Shown in pieces: positions 17,771 through 27,982 of a stretch of DNA of 64,000 nt. Where the stretch lies: assembly GCA_034002925.1 (NCBI GenBank), contig JAVEZP010000001.1:209165-273164 (forward strand), read 5' to 3'. Position numbers and translations under genes: made by a program. A model generated the notes under the pieces. That model had not been told where the DNA came from, did no database searches, and saw only the letters and a program-made list of their open reading frames with translations. How positions within the stretch are numbered: the first letter of the stretch is position 1; every line of letters starts with the position of its first letter. Source of the DNA: Patescibacteria group bacterium. GTDB lineage: Bacteria; Patescibacteriota; Patescibacteriia; Patescibacteriales; UBA12465.

Positions 17771-19736
17771 ACGTTTATTTCCACCCTTCTTCGTCTCTTC
17801 TTGTTTTGTGGATTTATTGCTTCAAAAATTAAAGACAATTATAAACAGAGGTAAATTAGTTTTTACCAAGTTTTTTTTGTTTTTTAAAAAAGCTTTGAAA
17901 AAAAATAAACCTAAAAATAGTAATACTGACAAAGAAATAGTTTATTCTCTGGCCCCTAGTAAAATTCCTCAGCGCGAACAATTAAGACATCTTTTTAAGT
18001 TGTTTAATCCTAGAGAAAAGCTTTTATTTAAATTAGCCTTTTTAGTTTTTGTTTTTAGTTTAACTTATTTATCTCTAAATTTTTATCGCAATAATTTAAT
18101 TGTTTTACCTGCTGACGGAGGAGTATATCGGGAAGGAGCTGCTACTTATCCTCAAGCAATTAATCCTTTATATGCTAGTAGTCGAGACATAGATGCTGAT
18201 TTAAGTAGGCTTATTTATTCTAGTTTATTTAATTACAGTAACGGCAAACTAGAGAAAGATCTTGTAGACACTTGGCAGGTTTCAGTTGATGGTAAAGAAT
18301 ATAGTTTACAATTAAGGCAAGGCGTGAAATGGCACAATGGCAATATCTTAACAGCTGATGATGTAGTCTTTACTGTAAATTTAATTAAATCACCAGAATT
18401 TAAATCTCCATTACGCAGCTCTCTTAGTGGTATTAATGTTGAAAAAATTGATGATTATTCAGTGCGTTTTATTTTAGCCGAGCCTTATGCTGATTTTTTA
18501 CATCTATTAACCTTTGGCATTATGCCAAAATTTGCTTGGGAAAATATTTTGCCAGAAGCAGCTATTATTTCAGAACTTAATATTAAGCCAATTGGCTCTG
18601 GTCCCTATCAATTTGTATCTTTAGTAAAAAGCAGAGGAGGCGAGTTAAAGGAATACCATTTAAATGTTAATGAGGATTATTATAATGTTCGTCCTCATAT
18701 TGATTCTATTATTTTTAAGTTTTTTCCTAATTACGAAGAATTAATTCAAGCTTTAAACTCTAATGAAATAGACGGTGTAAGTTATTTGCCAGAAAGTTTT
18801 AGAGGTGATTTATTAGCTAAACACTCTTTGCAATTTCATTATTTACCACTTCCTCAAATAATTTCTTTGTTTTTCAATCAACAAAAAAATTCTGTTTTAC
18901 AAGAACTGAAAGTGCGTCAATTTTTAACTCAGTCTTTATATTTAGATACAGCTATTAATGAGGTTCTGGGTGACTCAGTGATTAGGACGCAATCTTTTAT
19001 TTTAGCACCAGATTTTGCTTTACAGGCAGAAGCTAAAGAATATAACACAGAAGAATTAGAGGCTTTATTGGTAGATTCTGGCTTTAAAAAGATTGTTAGT
19101 AATGAAAGCGATTTTCAAATTAATGAAGATGAAGATAAATTATCAGCTGAGTTAACTGCGATTCAGGCTTATGCTACTGAAAATAATTTAAGCTTAAATA
19201 ACACTTGGTGGCTCAATAAAGATAATAAAATTTTTAGTCTTAGTTTGTCATTGCCAAATTTTTACGACGATCGTCTAGCTTTGTATTTACAAGAACAATG
19301 GCAGAAGTTAGGGCTTAAGGTGAAGATAGATCGCATTGATGAATCAAATTTAAGTAACAAATTACAAAATCGAGACTTTGAGCTTTTGTTGTATGGCCAG
19401 GAGATTGGTTTAGAGCCGGATGTGGCTGCTTTTTGGCATTCTTCTCAAATTAATCAAGGCTTGAATTTAGCTCAATATAATAACAGTGAAGTTGATCAAT
19501 GGCTAATTGATGCAAGAAAAGATAATAATTTTGATTCACGTTATGAAAAATATAAACTTTTTCAAGAAAAACTCCAAGCTGATTTGCCTATAATTTTGCT
19601 TTATTCTCCTAACTATACTTATATTCAAGACAAGCAAGTTCGTGGTTTTAATAGTGGACTGCTTTCAAGGCCTAGTGATCGCTTTGCTGGTGTTAGCGAT
19701 TGGTATGTCAAGACGAAAAAACGTTTTGATTGGTAA
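17763..19736 (+). CDS. Family-5 (OppA/DppA-like) ABC substrate-binding protein with N-terminal TM anchor
   Basis: SBP_bac_5-like core (GVKWHNG..LTADDVVFT, PIGSGPY). TM segment LAFLVFVFSLTYLSL. There is no in-frame ATG upstream of the TM segment, so the TTG at 17763 or another non-ATG start is implied. Confidence 0.7.
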   Translation: MLKRLFPPFFVSSCFVDLLLQKLKTIINRGKLVFTKFFLFFKKALKKNKPKNSNTDKEIVYSLAPSKIPQREQLRHLFKLFNPREKLLFKLAFLVFVFSLTYLSLNFYRNNLIVLPADGGVYREGAATYPQAINPLYASSRDIDADLSRLIYSSLFNYSNGKLEKDLVDTWQVSVDGKEYSLQLRQGVKWHNGNILTADDVVFTVNLIKSPEFKSPLRSSLSGINVEKIDDYSVRFILAEPYADFLHLLTFGIMPKFAWENILPEAAIISELNIKPIGSGPYQFVSLVKSRGGELKEYHLNVNEDYYNVRPHIDSIIFKFFPNYEELIQALNSNEIDGVSYLPESFRGDLLAKHSLQFHYLPLPQIISLFFNQQKNSVLQELKVRQFLTQSLYLDTAINEVLGDSVIRTQSFILAPDFALQAEAKEYNTEELEALLVDSGFKKIVSNESDFQINEDEDKLSAELTAIQAYATENNLSLNNTWWLNKDNKIFSLSLSLPNFYDDRLALYLQEQWQKLGLKVKIDRIDESNLSNKLQNRDFELLLYGQEIGLEPDVAAFWHSSQINQGLNLAQYNNSEVDQWLIDARKDNNFDSRYEKYKLFQEKLQADLPIILLYSPNYTYIQDKQVRGFNSGLLSRPSDRFAGVSDWYVKTKKRFDW

Positions 19737-19839
19737 TAATAAAGCCATTTATTATAATTGGCTTTCTCTTAATAATTTATTTAGTTAAAATCAATAAGAT
19801 TGATAATAATTTTTCTTATTTGTTTTTAGCATTGAACTC

Positions 19840-21639
19840 ATGATTACAAGATATAAATCTAATGTTGACTCTGGTCAGACTCGTAGAGCGGCTAGTGTTA
19901 ATACACCGAGACGTCATTTTAAAACTGGCGCTAGACAAGTGACAGAAAAAAAACAAGGCAATGACTATGTTAAAGTGATAGTGTTGGGCGGACTAGAAGA
20001 AGTTGGCCGCAATATGACTTTGATTGAATGCAACCAGGAAATCATTATTATTGATATGGGCTTACAGTTTCCAGAGGAAGATATGCCTGGTATTGATTAT
20101 ATTATTCCTAATGTATCTTATCTGAAAGATAAGAAAGATTGGATAAAAGCAGCTATTATTACTCATGGTCATTATGATCATATAGGAGGAATCCCTCACA
20201 TTATGGGAGAAATCGGTAACCCGCCAATGTTTATGGGTAAAATGACTGCTGGATTAGTAAGAAAGCGTCAACAAGAACACCGATCTGCTCCAGCTTTAAA
20301 AATTCAAGAAATTGATGAAACGCATCGCCTTAAACTGGGTAATTCTTTTAATATAGAATTTGTACGTGTTAATCATTCTATTCCTGATTGTTTCGCTATT
20401 ATTGTTAAAACACCATTAGGCACGATTATGCATACTGGTGATTTTAAGATTGATTTCACACCAGTGAATGATAAGCCAGCTGATTTACAGCGTATTGCTC
20501 AAATTGGTAATAGCGGTATCATGCTTTTAATGTCAGATTCTACCGATGCGACTCATCCTGGTTATCAGGTGTCAGAGTCAGCGATTGGAGATGAAATGGG
20601 AAAATTAATTGAAAAAATAGAAGGACGTGTTATTATTGGCACTTTTGCTTCTCAAATTAGTCGTGTTCAAAAAATTCTTGATTTAGCTAAGCGTTACGGT
20701 CGTCGAGTAAGTTTGCAGGGCAGAAGTATGAATACTAACGTAGAAATTGCCCATCAAATAGGCTATTTAAAGTTTGATCCTAAGATTTTAATTGATGACA
20801 AAGAATTAAATAGTTTGCCTGATAATAAAGTATTAATTATTGGCACAGGTGCTCAAGGAGAAGATAATGCTTTTTTAAGTCGGGTAGTTAATGGAGAACA
20901 TCGTGTGGTGAGTTTAAAACATGGAGATACAGTTTTATTCTCCTCTTCAGTTATTCCTGGCAATGAAAGATCTATTCAAAATTTAATGGATATGGTTGTG
21001 CGTCAGGGTGCTAAAATTATTCATTATCGAATGCTTGATATTCATGCCGGTGGACACGCTAAACAGGAGGACTTAAAGCTAATGATGCGCCTGATTAAGC
21101 CTGAATATTTTATGCCGATCGAGGCTAATCATTATATGTTACGCGCTCATGCAGAATTAGCCTTGCAAGTTGGCATTAAAGAAGAAAATATTTTTGTAGC
21201 GGACAATGGTCAGGTGCTTGCCTTTAAAAAGAATGCTCAGAATCAAAGCGTTGGTCAATTGACTAAAGAGAAGGTTCCTTCTGACTATGTTATGGTTGAT
21301 GGCTTAGGTGTTGGAGATGTTTCGGAAGTGGTTTTACGTGATCGTTTAATGATGGCTGGTGATGGTATGATTGTTATTATTGCCACCATTGATGCTAAAA
21401 CTGGTAATATTATTGGCAATCCAGATATTATTTCTCGAGGCTTTATTTATATGAAGGAAAGCAGAGATTTAATCGAGAAAACACGTATGAGAGTTAAAAA
21501 AATTGTAAAAGACAAAAATCCAATGACTCCAGCTGATGATGATTTTATAAAAAATAAAATTAGAAATGATATTGGTCAATTTTTATTTGTTAATACTAAG
21601 AGACGACCAATGGTCTTGCCGGTAGTTATTAAAGTGTAG
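19840..21639 (+). CDS. rnj: Ribonuclease J (metallo-beta-lactamase/beta-CASP)
   Basis: HGHYDHIGG motif, beta-CASP region, 599 aa with a basic N-terminal extension of about 40 aa. Confidence 0.88.
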   Translation: MITRYKSNVDSGQTRRAASVNTPRRHFKTGARQVTEKKQGNDYVKVIVLGGLEEVGRNMTLIECNQEIIIIDMGLQFPEEDMPGIDYIIPNVSYLKDKKDWIKAAIITHGHYDHIGGIPHIMGEIGNPPMFMGKMTAGLVRKRQQEHRSAPALKIQEIDETHRLKLGNSFNIEFVRVNHSIPDCFAIIVKTPLGTIMHTGDFKIDFTPVNDKPADLQRIAQIGNSGIMLLMSDSTDATHPGYQVSESAIGDEMGKLIEKIEGRVIIGTFASQISRVQKILDLAKRYGRRVSLQGRSMNTNVEIAHQIGYLKFDPKILIDDKELNSLPDNKVLIIGTGAQGEDNAFLSRVVNGEHRVVSLKHGDTVLFSSSVIPGNERSIQNLMDMVVRQGAKIIHYRMLDIHAGGHAKQEDLKLMMRLIKPEYFMPIEANHYMLRAHAELALQVGIKEENIFVADNGQVLAFKKNAQNQSVGQLTKEKVPSDYVMVDGLGVGDVSEVVLRDRLMMAGDGMIVIIATIDAKTGNIIGNPDIISRGFIYMKESRDLIEKTRMRVKKIVKDKNPMTPADDDFIKNKIRNDIGQFLFVNTKRRPMVLPVVIKV

Positions 21640-21724
21640 AAAATAATTATAACTTTGTATTAAAATAGGCCGATACTAAAAGTGTGGGTCTATTTTTTAT
21701 TTTATCTTGGAAATAATTTTAATA

Positions 21725-21754
21725 TTGACTTTATCTGAGACATCTCTATATAAT
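21725..21754 (+). promoter_or_regulatory. Sigma70-like promoter of a short transcription unit upstream of rpsA
   Basis: TTGACT at 21725-21730, 18-nt spacer, TATAAT at 21749-21754. Confidence 0.55.
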
Positions 21755-21760
21755 TAAATA

Positions 21761-21908
21761 GTCTTTATTTTTTATTGTTGATTAACCAAAAAAAGGAGGC
21801 TATCATGAAAAGATAAAGGTTTATTAGTACATATGATTATAGCTTATAAAGCTATCTGCTTCTCTGTCAAATACAGAGACAAAACCCACTAAATAAGGTG
21901 GGTTTTTT
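21761..21908 (+). ncRNA. Candidate small RNA or leader transcript with SD plus 3-codon ORF (MKR)
   Basis: Bounded by the promoter above and a terminator (CCCAC/GTGGG plus T6, 21881-21908). Contains AGGAGG (21794-21799) followed by ATG AAA AGA TAA (21805-21816). Also two perfect hairpins, ATAGCTT-ATA-AAGCTAT and CTCTGT-CAAAT-ACAGAG. Confidence 0.35.
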
Positions 21909-22097
21909 CTTGTAATTGACTTTTTTTGCCCCCTGTGATAGTTTTTAGTTAATAATTTAATAAACACCTATAATCAAATCTTTCAGTTTTTAAAGCTTCT
22001 TAAGCTTGAGGTGGCTGAAAGACTCTTTCGTAAGAAGGGGTTTAGTGATCTTTTTTTATTTTTCTTTAGTTTAAGAAAAATATTTAAAAATTAATTT

Positions 22098-23291
22098 ATG
22101 TCTACAGAGCAACAAACTAATTCTTTTGCTGATTTATTAGAAAAAGAAGGAGTATCTATCCCTCAAGTTGGTGATATTGTTAAAGGTGTGGTTGTCACCG
22201 CTTCAAAATCTGAAGTAGTTTTAGATATTGAAGGTGTGTTAATGGGCGTGGTTCGTGGTCCAGAATTATATTTTGAAGTTGAGGATTATGCTAATTTAAA
22301 ACCTGGTGATGAGGTTGAAGCTGCTGTAATTGATTCAGAGAATGAAACCGGTCGTTTAGAAATGTCTTTTAGACAAGTTGGACAAGAAAAAGCTTGGCAA
22401 AAACTCAGAAATGCCTTTAAAGAAAAAACTGCAATTAAAATTCGCATCGTTGATGCTAATAAAGGCGGTTTAATGGCTCGTTATGGTCAAATTAATGGCT
22501 TCTTGCCAGTTTCTCAATTAGCTCCCGAAAATTATCCTCGTATTAGCGGTGGTGATAAAGGAAAAATTTTAGAAAAATTAAAAACTTTCGTTGGTCATGA
22601 TTTCGAAGTTAGCGTTATCACTTTAAATGAAGAAGAAAATAAAATTATTTTCAGCGAAAAAGATATTTGGAACAAATTACAAAAACCAGCCTTAGATCGT
22701 TACAGCGTAGGCATGGTGGTAGAAGGCAAAATTACGGCTATTACTAATTTTGGTGTTTTCTTAAATTTTGATGATGGCATGGAAGGTTTAATTCATATTT
22801 CAGAAATCGCTTGGCAAAGAATTGATTCTCCTAATGAATTATTTAAAGTTGGCGATAAAGTAAAGGCAGAAATTGTGAGCATTGATGGTAGCAAAATTTT
22901 CTTAAGTTCTAAAAAATTACAAAAAGATCCTTGGCAAGAAGCTAGTGCTAAATATAGTGTTGGTCAAGTTGTATCAGGAGAGATTGTAAAGATTAATCCA
23001 TTTGGTTTGTTTGTAAAGTTAGATGATGAAATTCACGGTTTAGCTCATATCAGTCAATTAAATATTAGTTTAAAAGAAAAAATTGCTGATCTTTTTCAAG
23101 CGGGAGAAACTCGTGACTTTGAAGTGGTTAGCATTTCTCCAGAAGAACATCGTTTAGGTTTAAAGTTAGCCACAGAGGAGAAGGAAGTTAAAAAAAGTAA
23201 AAAGAAAGTAGATAAAGAAGAAGTAAAAGAGGAAAAGAAAGTTAAAAAAGAAAAGGAAGAAAAGAAAGAGAAAGTTGAAGATGAGTCCTAA
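22098..23291 (+). CDS. rpsA: 30S ribosomal protein S1, short four-domain form with Lys/Glu-rich tail
   Basis: Four S1 repeats (G..V.G.V, GFLP.S, GL.HISE/HISQ patterns). C-terminal KKSKKKVDKEEVKEEKKVKKEKEEKKEK. Confidence 0.88.
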   Translation: MSTEQQTNSFADLLEKEGVSIPQVGDIVKGVVVTASKSEVVLDIEGVLMGVVRGPELYFEVEDYANLKPGDEVEAAVIDSENETGRLEMSFRQVGQEKAWQKLRNAFKEKTAIKIRIVDANKGGLMARYGQINGFLPVSQLAPENYPRISGGDKGKILEKLKTFVGHDFEVSVITLNEEENKIIFSEKDIWNKLQKPALDRYSVGMVVEGKITAITNFGVFLNFDDGMEGLIHISEIAWQRIDSPNELFKVGDKVKAEIVSIDGSKIFLSSKKLQKDPWQEASAKYSVGQVVSGEIVKINPFGLFVKLDDEIHGLAHISQLNISLKEKIADLFQAGETRDFEVVSISPEEHRLGLKLATEEKEVKKSKKKVDKEEVKEEKKVKKEKEEKKEKVEDES

Positions 23292-23411
23292 AAAGTATTG
23301 ATAAGAATAGGCTTGAGCGCTTCCCATTAAAGGAAGCGCTTTCCTTATTAAAATTAAAATTGCCAAACCCTGCTTAGCAGTATATAATAAAGGTGTTTAT
23401 TTTAAAAAAAT

Positions 23412-25226
23412 ATGAAAAATTTAATAAAAAACTTTTTAATATTCTTTATTGCTTTTTTAGCCATTGCTGCTATTTTTAGTACTTTTTCTGAATCACGAGC
23501 AGTGACTCAGGTAGGAATAGAAGCTTTAATTCAAGATATCGAATCTGAACAAGTGCAATCTTTACGTGTTCAAGGTGATGAGGTGAAAGTGGAGTTAAAG
23601 GATGGCTCTCAAAAGATAGTAAAGAAGGAAACAGGCGAAAGCTTATCAGCGTTGTTAAGTAATTTTCAAGTTGCTCCAGAAAAAATGAAAGATATCGCGA
23701 TTAGCATTGAAGACCCTTCGGGTTGGTCATATTGGTTAGCTTTGGTTTTACCCTTTTTATTGCCAGTTATTTTTATTATCGCTATCTTTTTCTTTATGAT
23801 GCGTAGCGCTCAAGGTATGAATTCTCGAGCTATGAGTTTTGGCCAGTCTAATCCTAAAGATTTTAATTTAGATAATAAAAAAAGAGTAACCTTTAAAGAC
23901 GTGGCTGGGGCGAAAGAGGCGAAAGAAGAATTAAATGAAGTGGTTGAATTTTTGCGTTATCCAAAAAAATTCCAAGATTTAGGGGCGCGTATTCCTCGGG
24001 GCGTCTTATTACTTGGTAGTCCAGGTACGGGTAAAACATTATTAGCTCGAGCTGTGGCCGGTGAAGCTAAGGTACCATTTTTTCATATGTCTGGCTCAGA
24101 ATTTGTAGAGATGTTTGTTGGAGTTGGAGCTTCTCGTGTTCGGTCTTTATTCCAAAAGGCCAAGAAACAATCTCCTTGTATTGTCTTTATTGATGAAATT
24201 GACGCGGTTGGTCGTCGTCGAGGGGCTGGCTTGGGTGGTTCTCATGACGAAAGAGAGCAGACTTTGAATCAAATATTAGTAGAGATGGATGGTTTTGATA
24301 TTAGTGAAAATGTGATTGTGATTGCCGCCACTAATCGTCCTGACGTCCTAGATCCTGCCTTATTGCGTCCTGGACGTTTTGATCGACAGGTTATTATTGA
24401 TAAACCGGATTTAAGAGATAGAGAAGCAATCTTGAATGTGCATGCTAAAAATAAGCCTTTAGAAGAAGATGTTAATTTAAAAAGAGTAGCTGAAAGAACG
24501 CCTGGATTCTCTGGCGCGGATTTAGCTAATTTGCTTAATGAAGCCGCTATTTTAAGCGCCCGTCAAGATAAAAAGAAGTTAGGGATGAGTGAATTATTTT
24601 CTGCTATTGAAAAAGTAATGATTGGGCCAGAAAGAAAAAGCAGAGTGATTAATGATAAAGAGAAAAAAATTACTGCTTATCATGAGGCCGGTCATGCTGT
24701 GGTAGCTCATTTTTTACCAAATAGTGATCCCGTACAAAAAGTATCAATTATTGCTCGTGGTCAAGCTGGTGGCTATACTCTCAAAGTACCTCTTGAAGAT
24801 AGGCATTTTCAATCTAAATCTGATTTTATTGATGAAATTGCTGTTCTATTAGCGGGGCATTTGATTGAAAAGAAGATTTTTGGAGAAGTGACAACTGGTG
24901 CTACTTCTGATTTGCGTCGTGCCACTGCTGTCGCTCGTAGTTTAATTACTGACTATGGCATGAGTGATGTCTTAGGTCCGCGTACTTTTGGTCAAAAAGA
25001 AGAATTAATTTTCTTAGGTAGAGAAATTCATGAACAAAGAGATTATAGTGAGCATATTGCTGAAAAAATTGATTTAGAGATTAATGCGTTTATTAAACAA
25101 GCTGCACATAAGGCCGAAGAGGTTTTGAATAATCAGGCTCAAAAATTAGAAAAAGTTGTACAAGCTCTTTTAGAAAAAGAAACCTTAGAAAAAGAAGAGT
25201 TTGAATTGATTGTAGGCGCTGCTTAA
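23412..25226 (+). CDS. ftsH: ATP-dependent zinc metalloprotease FtsH
   Basis: Two N-terminal TM helices, Walker [15 protein letters not shown] region, HEAGHA zinc site. Confidence 0.95.
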   Translation: MKNLIKNFLIFFIAFLAIAAIFSTFSESRAVTQVGIEALIQDIESEQVQSLRVQGDEVKVELKDGSQKIVKKETGESLSALLSNFQVAPEKMKDIAISIEDPSGWSYWLALVLPFLLPVIFIIAIFFFMMRSAQGMNSRAMSFGQSNPKDFNLDNKKRVTFKDVAGAKEAKEELNEVVEFLRYPKKFQDLGARIPRGVLLLGSPGTGKTLLARAVAGEAKVPFFHMSGSEFVEMFVGVGASRVRSLFQKAKKQSPCIVFIDEIDAVGRRRGAGLGGSHDEREQTLNQILVEMDGFDISENVIVIAATNRPDVLDPALLRPGRFDRQVIIDKPDLRDREAILNVHAKNKPLEEDVNLKRVAERTPGFSGADLANLLNEAAILSARQDKKKLGMSELFSAIEKVMIGPERKSRVINDKEKKITAYHEAGHAVVAHFLPNSDPVQKVSIIARGQAGGYTLKVPLEDRHFQSKSDFIDEIAVLLAGHLIEKKIFGEVTTGATSDLRRATAVARSLITDYGMSDVLGPRTFGQKEELIFLGREIHEQRDYSEHIAEKIDLEINAFIKQAAHKAEEVLNNQAQKLEKVVQALLEKETLEKEEFELIVGAA

Positions 25227-25321
25227 TTTTCTTATTACTGAAAATTTGACTAATATTATTTTTTAGTTATACTTTAAAAAGTATAGTAAAGGGAGTTTTT
25301 CCCTAATTTTGATTTAATTAT

Positions 25322-25519
25322 ATGGCTAATCCTAAAAAAAGAAAGTCCAAAAGTGCAGTACGTACAAATCGTGCGCATTTAGCTTTAGAGAAAGTGTCTT
25401 TGAATAAATGTCCACAATGTGGTAAGGCTAAAAAACCTCATCAAGCTTGTGCTTTTTGTGGTTATTATCGTGGTCGCAAAATTTTAAACATTGAAACAGC
25501 TACTAAAGTTAAAAAATAA
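25322..25519 (+). CDS. rpmF: 50S ribosomal protein L32 (zinc-ribbon form)
   Basis: [13 protein letters not shown] and CPQCG..C..CGYY. Confidence 0.9.
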   Translation: MANPKKRKSKSAVRTNRAHLALEKVSLNKCPQCGKAKKPHQACAFCGYYRGRKILNIETATKVKK

Positions 25520-25521
25520 AT

Positions 25522-26034
25522 ATGTCTAATCGTCATCTCGCTCGAACAATTGCATTACAAACACTGTTCGCCTGGGATTTTAACGGTAAAAACGGTAAAA
25601 ACACTGAGTCTTTAATGCGTGATAATTTTATTAATTTCGCTCCTGATTTTGATGATGGTGGCTTTGTTGGTGATTTAGTGCGTGGGGTAATAGAAAAGTT
25701 AGAAGAAATAGACAAATTAATCGTACGCTATGCGACGGAATGGCCATTAGATCAGATTACTACCATTGATCGCAATGTTTTGCGAATGGGTTTATATGAA
25801 TTAATATATACCGAAATTCCTCCTAGGGTAGCTATTAATGAAGCAATTGAAGTTGCTAAAAATTTTGGTGGTGATGCTTCCGGCAAGTTTGTTAATGGAG
25901 TTTTGGGGGCTGTTTATAATTCATGGCCAGAAGAAGAAAAACGTAAGCGAGATAATCATTGGGATAAAGACGGACAGATAGAAAATAATGATACTGATGC
26001 TCAAGTTTCTGAGCTTAAGGATAATCAATCTTAG
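25522..26034 (+). CDS. nusB: Transcription antitermination factor NusB
   Basis: RHLAR..ALQ.LF, D.I..YA..W....I..IDR.VLR....EL, INEAIE.AK.FG are the NusB pattern. Confidence 0.88.
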   Translation: MSNRHLARTIALQTLFAWDFNGKNGKNTESLMRDNFINFAPDFDDGGFVGDLVRGVIEKLEEIDKLIVRYATEWPLDQITTIDRNVLRMGLYELIYTEIPPRVAINEAIEVAKNFGGDASGKFVNGVLGAVYNSWPEEEKRKRDNHWDKDGQIENNDTDAQVSELKDNQS

Positions 26035-26042
26035 TGTTTATG

Positions 26043-26066
26043 ACCCGTGCTTGACGCGGGTTTTTA
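26043..26066 (+). terminator. Rho-independent terminator after nusB
   Basis: Stem ACCCGTG/CGCGGGT followed by TTTTT. Confidence 0.75.
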
Positions 26067-26143
26067 TTAATTTTTTGTTGTGCTACGTAATAGTGTTTTT
26101 ACTTTATGGTTTTGCCCCTATTTCGTTGCGGAACTAATAAAAT

Positions 26144-26836
26144 ATGTCAGCTTTAAAAAAGTTACAAGAAAGCATTGGCTTTACTTTTAAAAACAAAGAA
26201 ATTTTACAGCAAGCCATGGTGCATCGCTCCTATTTAAATGAACACCCTGAGTTTGCTAGTGGACATAATGAGCGTTTGGAATTTTTAGGAGACGCTGTTT
26301 TAGAAATTATTGTAACTGAGCATTTATATCTTAATTATCCTAATACTCCTGAAGGAGATTTAACTAACTGGCGAGCGGCATTAGTTAATTCTAAGATGTT
26401 ATATGTGATTGCCGAAGAGCTGAAATTAGATGATTGCTTGTATTTGTCTAAAGGAGAAGCAAAGGATAAGAATAAAAAATCTCGTCATTATATTTTAGCT
26501 AATGCAGTTGAAGCTTTAATTGGTGCGGTTTATTTAGATCAAGGCATGTCAGCTGCTCATACGCTAGTACATCGTTTTATTATTAATAAACTCCCCGGCA
26601 TATTAGCTAATAAGTCTTATTTAGATCCTAAGTCTCGTTTTCAAGAACAAGCTCAAGAGAAAAGAGGAATTACCCCCACCTATGATATTATTAGTGAGTC
26701 TGGACCTGATCATGAAAAATTATTTAAAGTCGGTTTATATCTCGCTGAAGAATTAATTGCTACTGGCGAAGGGTCTTCAAAACAAGAGGCGCAAGTAGCA
26801 GCTGCTAGTAATGGTTTAGATAAATTAAATTGGTAA
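26144..26836 (+). CDS. rnc: Ribonuclease III
   Basis: Signature ERLEFLGDAVLE and a C-terminal dsRBD (KS.FQE..Q......Y......GPDH...F.V). Confidence 0.93.
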   Translation: MSALKKLQESIGFTFKNKEILQQAMVHRSYLNEHPEFASGHNERLEFLGDAVLEIIVTEHLYLNYPNTPEGDLTNWRAALVNSKMLYVIAEELKLDDCLYLSKGEAKDKNKKSRHYILANAVEALIGAVYLDQGMSAAHTLVHRFIINKLPGILANKSYLDPKSRFQEQAQEKRGITPTYDIISESGPDHEKLFKVGLYLAEELIATGEGSSKQEAQVAAASNGLDKLNW

Positions 26837-26840
26837 TTAT

Positions 26841-27899
26841 ATGAATGTTAAAGATATTCTTACAAACATTGCTCGTTTAGGGGCTTCAGATTTGCACTTA
26901 GTTTTTGCTTTACCACCCATGATGCGTTTAAATGGTGAATTAAAAACAGTCCCCTTAGAAGATAAAAATCAAAATTTTCAAGTAGATGATAATGATTTAC
27001 AGGCAGCTGCTCAAACTCTTCTGAGTGAGGAGCAAATAAAACGTCTTTATCAAGATAAAGATTTGGATGCGGCTATCTCTTTAGACGTGTTTCGTTTTCG
27101 TTTAAACTTTGCTTTTGAAAAAGGTCATTTAAAAATAGTGGCTCGAGTTATTAATGAAAGTAAGCCGAGTTTAGAGGAAATTGGCATGCCTGATTCAGTT
27201 AAAGAATTGTTAAATTTAAATCAAGGCTTAGTGTTAGTAACAGGCCCAACTGGTTGCGGTAAATCTACTACTCTAGCAGCCATGATTAATCATATAAATG
27301 ATAATCGTGCTTGTCACATTTTGACTTTAGAGGACCCCATTGAATATGTTTTTAATCCAGTGAAAAGTATTATTTCTCAAAGACAATTAGGTGAAGACAT
27401 GCATTCTTTTGCGGCTGGTTTAAAACATGCTTTGCGTCAAGATCCTAATGTGATTATGGTGGGAGAAATGAGAGATTTAGAAACTATTGCTGCTGCGATC
27501 ACTTTAGCAGAAACTGGTCATTTGGTTTTAGCGACTCTGCACACTTATAGCGCGGCTCAAACTATCGATCGTATTATAGATATTTTTCCCGCTCATCAAC
27601 AAAGTCAGGTTCGCTCACAATTGTCTATGATTTTGGCAGCTGTCATTTCACAAAGATTACTACCCAGTCTTAAGAGTGAAACCAGAGTGGCAGCTAGAGA
27701 AATATTGTTGCATAACAGCGCAATTGCAAATTTGATCAGAGAAAATAAAATTGCTCAGATAAAAACTGTACTGGAAACTAATAGTCAAAATGGCATGTCT
27801 ACTATGGATAGACACCTAAAACAACTATATCAAGCTGGTGAAATATCACGAGAAACAACTTTAAATTATCTAGAAGATGCAAATTTAATTGATTCTTAA
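26841..27899 (+). CDS. pilT: Type IV pilus retraction ATPase PilT
   Basis: ASDLHL, Walker A GPTGCGKSTT, Asp box LTLEDPIEY, Walker B VIMVGEMRD, His box ATLHT. Confidence 0.88.
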   Translation: MNVKDILTNIARLGASDLHLVFALPPMMRLNGELKTVPLEDKNQNFQVDDNDLQAAAQTLLSEEQIKRLYQDKDLDAAISLDVFRFRLNFAFEKGHLKIVARVINESKPSLEEIGMPDSVKELLNLNQGLVLVTGPTGCGKSTTLAAMINHINDNRACHILTLEDPIEYVFNPVKSIISQRQLGEDMHSFAAGLKHALRQDPNVIMVGEMRDLETIAAAITLAETGHLVLATLHTYSAAQTIDRIIDIFPAHQQSQVRSQLSMILAAVISQRLLPSLKSETRVAAREILLHNSAIANLIRENKIAQIKTVLETNSQNGMSTMDRHLKQLYQAGEISRETTLNYLEDANLIDS

Positions 27900-27954
27900 T
27901 TTAATTTTTATTGAATGTTTAAAATAGTCAATAAATAGGCTCCTTTTTGGGGGC

Positions 27955-27982
27955 TTGACAATATTTTTAAAAGCACTATAAT
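27955..27982 (+). promoter_or_regulatory. Candidate rRNA (23S-5S) promoter
   Basis: TTGACA at 27955-27960, 16-nt spacer, TATAAT at 27977-27982. It lies about 320 nt upstream of the 23S processing stem. Confidence 0.6.

Noticed and set aside
26841-27899. pilT as a marker of a type IV pilus gene cluster.
   Set aside because: No pilB, pilC, pilM-Q or prepilin genes flank it. It sits between rnc and the rRNA operon, so no cluster-level claim can be made from this window.
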